Program-made: the position numbers and the translations under genes
From: Myxococcota bacterium
GTDB taxonomy: Bacteria; Myxococcota; JACRCW01
NCBI GenBank assembly: GCA_040752415.1
Contig: JBFMGU010000097.1
Coordinates: forward strand, 1-36,385
Length of the DNA stretch: 36,385 bases
Reading direction: 5' to 3'
Shown: piece by piece, positions 19,275-27,021 of the stretch
Layout of the letters: each line of letters opens with the position of its first letter
Position numbering within the stretch: the stretch's first letter is position 1
The notes under the pieces: model-generated
Told to the model about the DNA's origin: nothing
Seen by the model: only the letters and a program-made list of their open reading frames with translations
Database searches by the model: none

Positions 19275-20135
19275 ATGGGCGGCCGGATGAAGTTGGGCGA
19301 GATGATGGTGCGGGCGGGGCTGGTGGATGAGCTCCAGCTCAACGCCGCGCTTGCCCACCAGCGGAAGTGGGGCGGCAAGCTGGGCAGCGTGCTGGTGGAG
19401 CTGGGCTTTGTCGACGAGGACCTGGTGTGGAAGGGCCTCTCCAAGCAGACCGGGCTGCAGCGCATTGACCTCCCCAACACGCCCATCTCCCCGCACCTGG
19501 TTGCCCGCGTCCCCTTGGACCTGGTGGAGAAGCACCAGCTGTTCCCCGTGGCCTACAAGGACGAGACCAAGAACCTCCTCGTGGCCACCTCCGATCCCAC
19601 CAACGTGGCCGGCATCGACGAGATGTCCTTCCGCACCGGGTGGCGCATCAGCTGCGGCCTGGCGCCTGAGGTGGAAGTTCAGTGGGCCATCCGTCGCTAC
19701 TACCGCGGGGATCCCTCGCCCTGCCCGCCGCTGCGCACCCGGCGCACCGTCGACGTCCCGCAGCAGCAGGATGAGGACGAAGGCGAGATGAAGATCACGG
19801 ACATGTCGGGCAAGACCATCATGAAGAAGCTGTCCGACATTGCCCCGCCGCCCATGGCCGCCATGCCTCCGCCCATGGCCCCGCCGCCCGTGATGGCCGC
19901 GCCCGCCATGGCCGCACCGGCTTTCGGTCAGCCCATGTCCATGCCGTCGGGGATGGTATTTGGAAGCCCCGGCTCCGTGGTGGCGCAGCCCAGCACGGAA
20001 GTGCCGCCGCAGGTTGCCGCGCTGCGCGCCGAACTGGAGAAGGGCAACAAGTTCCTCAAGAGCATGATCGAGATGTGCATTGCGCGCGGGCTCTTCACGC
20101 AGGAGGAGTACCTGGAGCGCCTGCGTCGTCCCTGA
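19275..20135 (+). CDS. MshEN / GspE-N-terminal domain protein without ATPase domain
   Basis: KLGEMMVRAGLVDELQLNAALAHQ…KLGSVLVELGFV; LLVATSDP; Pro/Met-rich linker; C-terminal GLFTQEEYLERL helix. Confidence 0.85.
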   Translation: MGGRMKLGEMMVRAGLVDELQLNAALAHQRKWGGKLGSVLVELGFVDEDLVWKGLSKQTGLQRIDLPNTPISPHLVARVPLDLVEKHQLFPVAYKDETKNLLVATSDPTNVAGIDEMSFRTGWRISCGLAPEVEVQWAIRRYYRGDPSPCPPLRTRRTVDVPQQQDEDEGEMKITDMSGKTIMKKLSDIAPPPMAAMPPPMAPPPVMAAPAMAAPAFGQPMSMPSGMVFGSPGSVVAQPSTEVPPQVAALRAELEKGNKFLKSMIEMCIARGLFTQEEYLERLRRP

Positions 20136-20176
20136 GTCCCGTCGACAGAACGGGTCTTCCCGCTCTCGGCGGCGCC

Positions 20177-20296
20177 GTTCCCGTGCCCCTGCCCGTGCCC
20201 CCTGCCCGGCCTGTGGGAATGCATCGTCGCCGAAGGTTGTCGACGGGGAATCCTGTCGGGCAAGGGGGCCCTCAGGCCGGGCACGGGCAGGGGAAC
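20177..20296. repeat. Palindromic intergenic element, copy 2 (opposite orientation)
   Basis: cccctgcccgtgccc…gggcacgggcagggg arms; internal core aligns to copy 1. Confidence 0.85.
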
Positions 20297-20341
20297 AGCT
20301 CCTCTGGGAGCGGGAAACCTGCTGTGACGACGAGGCCCGCC

Positions 20342-21673
20342 TCAGCGGTGACGATAGATAAGCGTCACGCGTCCCAGCTCCACGCGGTCTCCGTCCTGCA
20401 GGAAGGCCTGGCACACCGGTCGCCCGCCCACGCGCGGCATCATGGCGCTGCCAATCCGCATCAACACCACCGCGCCGGAGATGCGCACCAGCACCAGGTG
20501 CCAGCTCGCCACGCCGGGGAGCGGGGGTAGCGCCACGTCGCAGCGCGCGTCGGAGCCAATGCGCAGCGCGGCGCGGTCCAGCGGCACCTCCGTGATGAGG
20601 CGCTTGTCCAGCCGCACCTCCAGCCGACCCGCGGGCGCAAGCTGCGTGGACGCCATCAGCGCCTGGTCGGTCTCGCGCTCGTTGGGCCACTGCACGGAAG
20701 GATCCGAGGGCTCCTCCACCTCGTCGGATTCCTCGTCCTCCTCCTCCTCGTCGTCCTCGTCGGCGGGGCCGCGGTCGGTCTTGGTGCGCAGGCGCATGGG
20801 CGAAGGGAGCGCGTCCTCCAGCTCCGTCTCCCCCGCCTCGAATGAGCGCGCCTCCAGCTCCTGCTCGTCGGTGCCGGACTCGGTGGCGCCCATCACCGCG
20901 GCGCCCAGCCCGTCGGGGGCCTCGTCCACCTGCGTGCCACCGGCCTCCGCACGCGTGCGCTCCCGGACCGGCTCCTCCGCCGTGGGCACCGGGGCGGTCA
21001 CCTCCGAGCGCATCACCTCACCCTGGTGGAAGACCAGCGTGTACTCGAAGAAGTTGATGACGTCGCCTTCCCGGAGCTGCTGCGGGCCGTTGATGCGCGC
21101 GTCGTTGACGTAGGTGCCGTTCTGGCTGCCCAGGTCCTCCACCATCCACGCCGCGCCCTCCTGGTACACGCGCGCGTGACGACGAGACAGACCCAACAGC
21201 CCAATCACGATGTCACAGCGGTGACTGCGGCCGATGACGTAGCCCTGCCCCGCCAACGGGAACCGCTCCATCTCCGTGCCGTTGTACAGAAGCATGAGCG
21301 AGGGGCCCTGCGCCGGGCTCTCCGGCTCCAGCGGCGCGGGGAAATCCACCCCGCTGCGATGACCGCTCTCATTCTTGCGCGCACCGTCCTGGTCGTAGAC
21401 CGCCACGTAGCGGCCCATGCCAATGCGGTCGCCCGGCTGGAGGATCTGCTCACCGCTGATTCGCTGGCCGTTCACGTACACGCCGTTCTGGCTGCCCAGG
21501 TCCACCACGACGTGATGGTCGTCGCGCTTCTCCAGGCGGGCGTGGAAGCGGCTGAGCGCCAGGTCATCCAGGACCACGTCGTTGTCGGTGTGGCGTCCCA
21601 ACGCCGTGACCACGCGGGTGATCACCTGTTCCCGGACCGGCTCCCCCTCGCGATAGATGGTCAGGCGCGGCAT
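20342..21673 (-). CDS. Multi-FHA domain protein (two canonical, one degenerate)
   Basis: GR…SRFHA…GSQNG and GR…SRRHA…GSQNG; acidic linker; third FHA-like unit RIGSDARCDV…ASWH. Confidence 0.88.
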   Translation of the reverse strand: MPRLTIYREGEPVREQVITRVVTALGRHTDNDVVLDDLALSRFHARLEKRDDHHVVVDLGSQNGVYVNGQRISGEQILQPGDRIGMGRYVAVYDQDGARKNESGHRSGVDFPAPLEPESPAQGPSLMLLYNGTEMERFPLAGQGYVIGRSHRCDIVIGLLGLSRRHARVYQEGAAWMVEDLGSQNGTYVNDARINGPQQLREGDVINFFEYTLVFHQGEVMRSEVTAPVPTAEEPVRERTRAEAGGTQVDEAPDGLGAAVMGATESGTDEQELEARSFEAGETELEDALPSPMRLRTKTDRGPADEDDEEEEDEESDEVEEPSDPSVQWPNERETDQALMASTQLAPAGRLEVRLDKRLITEVPLDRAALRIGSDARCDVALPPLPGVASWHLVLVRISGAVVLMRIGSAMMPRVGGRPVCQAFLQDGDRVELGRVTLIYRHR

Positions 21674-21825
21674 GCGTCCTTCAAGCAGGTCCAACTTCTC
21701 GCGCCTCCCCCTGCCCAAGCGGGAAGGCCCCACCCAAAATGTCCCCGCCCCAGGTCATGGGGTCAACTTCCGCGTCGAGCAGGCTGCCTCCCGCGCGGGT
21801 GGGAGCGTGCCGCACCCCGGAGGTG

Positions 21826-22539
21826 TCAGGCGGCGGGAAGCTGCGCCGGCGCGGTGGCCCGACCCAGCAGCACCCGGTCGGCAAGCTCCCGCAGCGACGA
21901 GACCTGCAACGCCCCGCGGGGCGCCTCGGCGGGATACAGCACCGCGGCCACCATGCCGGCGCTCAGTGCACCCGCGGCGTCGGTGTCCGCGCGGTCGCCC
22001 ACGTGCAGGATGGTGGCGGCAGGAACGCCCAGGCGCTGCGCCAACAGGGCGAACGCCGGCGCGCCCGGCTTGTACGCGCCAGCGTCCTCCGCGGCGATCA
22101 CCACGTCGAACAGCCCCGAAGGGAAGCCCAGCGCCGCGATCTTGCTGGCGGTGTCCAGGTCGCTGAACGCCGCGGTGCGCACGCCGCCCTGCTTGAGTCG
22201 GGTCAGGGCCTCCGTGGCGTCGCGGGAGGCGGCGCCGCGCAACAGGGGCGGAATGATGCGCGTGCGCACGTGCTCCATCAGCGCCTCCGCCTCCGACTGC
22301 TGCATCCCGGCGCGGTTGCCCATCTCGCGCGCCACCTCACGACGCAGCGTGTCTCCGTCGGGGAAGGTGCGGCCACGGGTGGCGTCGCGCGCGGGTTTCT
22401 GGAGGCGCAGGGGGCGGAAGGCGCCCAGGGTGAGCGCGCGCCAGAAGAGCTTGAAGGAGGGTCGGTAGAGCGTGCCGTCGACGTCGAACGAGACCGCGAG
22501 AATGGGACCGCCACCCACCGCGGTGATGGGCGTGCTCAT
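21826..22539 (-). CDS. HAD-superfamily hydrolase
   Basis: FDVDGTLY, FSD, KP, HVGDRADTD; ATGA overlap with the GH3 gene. Confidence 0.9.
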   Translation of the reverse strand: MSTPITAVGGGPILAVSFDVDGTLYRPSFKLFWRALTLGAFRPLRLQKPARDATRGRTFPDGDTLRREVAREMGNRAGMQQSEAEALMEHVRTRIIPPLLRGAASRDATEALTRLKQGGVRTAAFSDLDTASKIAALGFPSGLFDVVIAAEDAGAYKPGAPAFALLAQRLGVPAATILHVGDRADTDAAGALSAGMVAAVLYPAEAPRGALQVSSLRELADRVLLGRATAPAQLPAA

Positions 22540-24293
22540 GCGTTCTCCGTCCGCCCCAGCTCCTCCACCAACGCCAGCGTGCGTCCCAGGTGCGGCGGCT
22601 TGACGTGGGCATCCGGCGCACCCGCCGCCACCCGACGAGCACGGTGCCGCTCGAACGCGCCCGGCGGCAGCTCACGCAACACCGGCTCGCCCAGGCGCAG
22701 GCTCTCACGCTTGGCGCGGTACTCGATGTTGACGTTGCACAACGCCTCGTCGCACGCGCGCAGCAGCTTCTCCCGCACCTCCGGGGCCAACGGCGGCTGC
22801 GACTCGACGGCGAACACGTAGCGCGGCGGGTTGGTCAGCTCCGGGGCCACACAGAAGCCACGCAGCGTGAGGCCCAGGCCCTGGCAGGCGGCGGTCACCG
22901 CGTCGACGACGTGGCTCTCCCCCACCTTCTCCCCGGTGATGCTCACCATGTTGCCGCTCTTGTGCAGGAACGCCAGCAGCGGCGCCTTGTGATGGAAGCC
23001 GCGCACCTCCACCACGTCCTGCATGTCGTAGCGCGTGAGGCCGTGGCTCCCGGTGATCACCACGACGTACCGTCCGCCCTGCTCCAGCTTCCACAACGGC
23101 ACGGTGGCGCGACTGCCCGCCTCGTAGGCGTCGACGGGGATGAACTCCAGGACGTGACCGGCGGCCAGCGCCACACCCTGCGCGTCGCCCGCGTCCAGCG
23201 GCGTGGTGAAGCAGCCCTCACTGGCCACGTAGCCGTAGTCCATGATGGGCAAACCCGGCATGAGCTTCTGGATCTGCTCCAGGTAGAACGGCGCACTCCC
23301 GCCCTTCCAGCACAACACGCCGCACAGCGAGGGCCAGATGTCCACCGGCCGCGCCACGCCGTGCTTCTGCACGCTGTCCAGGAGTCGCTTCGCCGCGTCA
23401 CGGTTGCGACCGAGGCGGGCGGAGAAACGCGTGCGCTCGTCGGGCGTGAGGGCCAGGCCGTCCCACAGCGTGCCCGATTCCACGTCGCGCGCGAGCTCAC
23501 TGGCGTGACGGGTCAGCACCTGCGCCAGCAGCACCAGCGTGGAGGGATTCACCGCGGCCCAGACGCTGATGGGTTTCTCCAACGCGAAGCGCAGCGCCAG
23601 GTAGTAGCGCGCGGAGTAGTTGGAGAGACGGAACACGTCGCGCGGTACCGGGTCATAGCCGGTGGCATCCTCACGGCCGCTCCCCATGGCGACGGTGATG
23701 GAGCCGTAGGGCACGCCGGAGGGCGTGTAGCCCTCGATGTTGGGGCTGTGCACGGTGAGCAGGTGGCCCTTGATGCCGGCGGGCATGACCTGCGCCACCT
23801 GGCGCATCCACACGCGTCGACCATGGCGGAACTCGTCGATGTAGCTGGCGGTGACGGGGATGTTCTTGGGCTCCCCGGTGGTTCCCGACGAGCGCGCGAA
23901 ATAGAACACCTCCTCCGCGCACAACACGTCCTTCTCACCCTCCACCATGCGACGCGCGTACGGCGCGAACTCCGTCCACGTGCGCACCGGCACCTTCTCC
24001 GCCAGCTGCTCCAGGCTCGTGATCGACGAGAAACCGTGCTCCCGGCCAAACGCGGTCTGCGCGTTGCGCGCGAGGATCTGTTGCAGCCGCGCCTCCTGCG
24101 CCGCCTGGGGATCCGCGCTGGCCTCCTCGAAGGTGCGCCAGCTCTTGCTGAACAGCGCGCGGGCGCCGGCGCGGAGGGTGTTGTCGGGGAGCTGGCGGAT
24201 GAGCGCCAACGCGCCGCGGAACAGGAGCGTGAGGCCGCGACCGACCACGTCCTCCACGTCCCGCCCCTGCTGCAGTGGCTGCAGTGCCGTCAT
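22536..24293 (-). CDS. GH3 family (acyl-adenylate-forming) protein
   Basis: NAQTAFGREHGF, SSGTTGEPKNIP, YVASEG, GLTRYDMQD, GEK, N.EY..KR. Confidence 0.88.
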   Translation of the reverse strand: MTALQPLQQGRDVEDVVGRGLTLLFRGALALIRQLPDNTLRAGARALFSKSWRTFEEASADPQAAQEARLQQILARNAQTAFGREHGFSSITSLEQLAEKVPVRTWTEFAPYARRMVEGEKDVLCAEEVFYFARSSGTTGEPKNIPVTASYIDEFRHGRRVWMRQVAQVMPAGIKGHLLTVHSPNIEGYTPSGVPYGSITVAMGSGREDATGYDPVPRDVFRLSNYSARYYLALRFALEKPISVWAAVNPSTLVLLAQVLTRHASELARDVESGTLWDGLALTPDERTRFSARLGRNRDAAKRLLDSVQKHGVARPVDIWPSLCGVLCWKGGSAPFYLEQIQKLMPGLPIMDYGYVASEGCFTTPLDAGDAQGVALAAGHVLEFIPVDAYEAGSRATVPLWKLEQGGRYVVVITGSHGLTRYDMQDVVEVRGFHHKAPLLAFLHKSGNMVSITGEKVGESHVVDAVTAACQGLGLTLRGFCVAPELTNPPRYVFAVESQPPLAPEVREKLLRACDEALCNVNIEYRAKRESLRLGEPVLRELPPGAFERHRARRVAAGAPDAHVKPPHLGRTLALVEELGRTENA

Positions 24294-24348
24294 GGGCGCG
24301 CAGCATGGCGGCCAGGTGGCACCGTCAGCAAGGGCCCTCAGCTCGCGC

Positions 24349-24786
24349 TCAAGGCACGGTCCGCGCCTGGGCCAGCAGGTTCCGACGCGAAGCCAGGCCC
24401 ACCACGTTCTCCAGCTGCTGCTGCTCGCGCAGGTAGGTGTAGCCCTCGCAGACCTCGCCCTCGCTCCACCACGTGCCGTCGTCCAGGCGCGCTTCCAGGA
24501 CCAGGCGCACGCGCAGCTCCCGCGGCGTCACCTGGAACACCCAGCGCTCGCGCGTCACCCAGCCTTCGCTGTTGTCCTCGGGGGCCAGCGCTTCCACGCG
24601 TCCGCGCTTCTCGTCGAGCTGCACCACCTTCCAGCCCTGGGCCGCCGCGTTGTCCTGCACCGCCACAAGCAACGCGTCCTGCGCCACCGCCACCGCGCGG
24701 GATTGCTCCTGGTACATCCGAGCGTCCGAACCGGTGGCGCAGGCACCCACCATCATCAGCGCCGCAAGGCCCAGGATTCGCAGCAT
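24349..24786 (-). CDS. Hypothetical lipoprotein
   Basis: MLRILGLAALMMVGAC lipobox; GGAGG upstream. Confidence 0.7.
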   Translation of the reverse strand: MLRILGLAALMMVGACATGSDARMYQEQSRAVAVAQDALLVAVQDNAAAQGWKVVQLDEKRGRVEALAPEDNSEGWVTRERWVFQVTPRELRVRLVLEARLDDGTWWSEGEVCEGYTYLREQQQLENVVGLASRRNLLAQARTVP

Positions 24787-24978
24787 GGCAGCCTCCTGGT
24801 GGCCGCGGTTTTCACCGGGCATGCCAGGGGCCGCGCTGGCGGAAAACCGCGTCCGGACGAGGAGAAAGCGTGCCGCTACAACGCCGGCGGGGGCAGCGCC
24901 GCCCCGAGCGTGGGGCGCATCCGCCGCACGGGGCATTCACACCGCGCGCACGTCCACTGCTAGTGTGCCCCGCGTGGG

Positions 24979-25965
24979 ATGGAGGAGACCGTGGCGGAAG
25001 CGTACGCGCACACCAACATTGCGCTGGTGAAGTACTGGGGAAAGCGGGATGCCGCGCTGAACCTGCCGGCGGTGGGCAGCCTCAGCCTGACGTTGGACCG
25101 CTACGGCACCCAGACCGCCGTCACGCTCGACGCCAGCGCCAGCGAGGACACCTTCACCCTCAACGACACACCCCAGGCCGGCACGCCGCTGCTCAAGGTC
25201 AGCCGGTTCCTGGACCTGGTGCGGGAACGGACGGGCCGCCAGGAGCGGGCGCGTGTGGTCAGCCGCAATGACGTGCCCACCGCCGCGGGGCTGGCCTCCA
25301 GCGCCAGTGCGTTCGCCGCGCTCGCGGTGGCGTCGGCGGAGGCGTTTGGTTGGGACGCGGACGCGGGCACGCTCTCCGCGCTGGCGCGGCGGGGATCCGG
25401 GAGCGCGGCGCGCAGCCTGTTTGGTGGCTTCGTCCGGCTCAACAAGGGCGTGAAGCCCGACGGGAGCGACTGCGTGGCCTCGCCCATCCCCGCCGGCGAC
25501 GGGTGGCCGGTGCGGCTGGTGGTGGCCTCCTGCGCGGCGGGCGCCAAGGACGTGGCCAGCACCGACGGCATGACGCTGACGGAGAAGACCAGCCCGTACT
25601 TCCAGGCGTGGGTGGACACGCACGAGGCGGACATGGCGGCGGCGGAAGCGGCCATTCTCCGACGAGACCTGCCCGCGCTGGGCGAGGTGATGGAGCACTC
25701 CACCCTCAAGATGCACGCCTCCGGCATGGCCGCGCGTCCCGGCGTGCTGTACTGGCGCGGCGTCACGGTGGATGCGGCGCACGCGGTGGTGGCGCTGCGC
25801 AAGCGTGGCACCGGCGCGTGGTTCACCATGGACGCGGGCCCGCACGTGAAGGTGCTGTGCGCCGCCGCCGACGCCGACAACGTTGCCAGCACCATGCGCC
25901 AGGTTCCCGGTGTGCTCGACGTGCAGGTGGCCGCGCCCGGTCCCGCGGCAAGGCGGCTTCCATGA
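24979..25965 (+). CDS. mvaD: Diphosphomevalonate decarboxylase
   Basis: NIALVKYWGK, PTAAGLASSAS, ARRGSGSAARS, FTMDAGPHVK. Alternative start GTG 24991 after GGAGG. Confidence 0.95.
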   Translation: MEETVAEAYAHTNIALVKYWGKRDAALNLPAVGSLSLTLDRYGTQTAVTLDASASEDTFTLNDTPQAGTPLLKVSRFLDLVRERTGRQERARVVSRNDVPTAAGLASSASAFAALAVASAEAFGWDADAGTLSALARRGSGSAARSLFGGFVRLNKGVKPDGSDCVASPIPAGDGWPVRLVVASCAAGAKDVASTDGMTLTEKTSPYFQAWVDTHEADMAAAEAAILRRDLPALGEVMEHSTLKMHASGMAARPGVLYWRGVTVDAAHAVVALRKRGTGAWFTMDAGPHVKVLCAAADADNVASTMRQVPGVLDVQVAAPGPAARRLP

Positions 25966-27017
25966 ACGCATTCACCGTCCAGGTCCCGGGCAAGCTCATC
26001 CTGTGCGGCGAATACGCCGTGCTGCAGGGCGCGCCCGCCGTGGTGGCCGCGGTGGCCCGACACGCCACCTGTCGCGTGGAGCCCAGCCCCGACGGACTGA
26101 AGGTGAGCGCGCTGGGCCAGGGACCGCTGGCGGTGGGTCTGCACGACGGGAAGGTGACGTTCACGCCCGCTCCCGCCGACGAGGCGCGTTTTGTGTTGAC
26201 CCGCAGCGTCCTCGAGGAGCGCGCCGCGCGCGGCCTGCCTTCCGGCGTGACGCTGACCCTGGATTCCAGCGCACTCAACGAGGCGGCGCTGTCCGGCGGA
26301 CAGAGCGTGAAGCTGGGACTGGGCTCCTCCTCGGCCGCCGCGGTGGCGCTCACCGCCGCGCTGGACCTGGCGGGCGGGGCCACGCTCTCGGCCGAGCAGC
26401 GTCGGAAGTGGTTCGAGGCGGCGCAGCGTGCGCACCTCCGCGCGCAGGGCGGCGTGGGCAGTGGTGTCGACGTGGCGGCCAGCGTGATGGGCGGCGTCAT
26501 CGTCTACACGCGGCCCACCGCGAATCCCGCCGACGCGATCATCCAGCCGGTGAAATACGAGAAGCTGGGCGTGCGCCTGGTGGTGGCGTGGACGGGGAGC
26601 GCGGCCAGCACCGTGGAGCTGGTGGGCAAGGTGGATGCGTGGCGCCAGCGTGAAAGCGCCGCGGCGGCGCGCCGGTTCCAGGAGATGGAAGAACTGGCCA
26701 AGGACGCCGCGCACGCCGCCGAGACCGGCAACCGTCGCGACTTCCTGTACGCCGTGAACGGATACGGCGCGCAGCTGGAGCTGCTGGGCAAGGAGTCCGG
26801 TGCGGACATCCTGAGCGCGCCGCACCGTCGCATCCGTGAGCTGGCAGCCCGTCATGAATGCGGGGCCAAGCCCTCCGGCGCCGGCGGTGGCGACGTGGCT
26901 GTGTGCTTCTGTCCCGACGGGTGGACCGCCGAGGCGCTGTCGCGCGAGCTGCAGGAAGCCGGCTTCCCCACCGTGCCGCTCGAGTTCGACCAGGAAGGTG
27001 TGTTCGTCCGTCGCTGA
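25962..27017 (+). CDS. Phosphomevalonate kinase (GHMP family)
   Basis: PGKLILCGEYAVL, KLGLGSSSAA, GSGVDVAAS, WTGSAAST, KPSGAGGGD; ATGA overlap with mvaD. Confidence 0.88.
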   Translation: MNAFTVQVPGKLILCGEYAVLQGAPAVVAAVARHATCRVEPSPDGLKVSALGQGPLAVGLHDGKVTFTPAPADEARFVLTRSVLEERAARGLPSGVTLTLDSSALNEAALSGGQSVKLGLGSSSAAAVALTAALDLAGGATLSAEQRRKWFEAAQRAHLRAQGGVGSGVDVAASVMGGVIVYTRPTANPADAIIQPVKYEKLGVRLVVAWTGSAASTVELVGKVDAWRQRESAAAARRFQEMEELAKDAAHAAETGNRRDFLYAVNGYGAQLELLGKESGADILSAPHRRIRELAARHECGAKPSGAGGGDVAVCFCPDGWTAEALSRELQEAGFPTVPLEFDQEGVFVRR

Positions 27018-27021
27018 ACGC

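Noticed and set aside
22590..25271. Long antisense ORFs (also 11827-13269, 25101-27047, 27250-29757, 10230-11960, 4466-5878)
   Set aside because: Shadow ORFs opposite well-supported genes, expected in high-GC DNA; no motifs.
25350..25961. Apparent N-terminal extension/fusion on phosphomevalonate kinase (similarly 18203-18550 on M23 and 7564-7875 on the receiver)
   Set aside because: The PMK and M23 extensions overlap the neighbouring gene in another frame and ATGA overlaps mark the real starts; the receiver extension is mostly low-complexity intergenic sequence.
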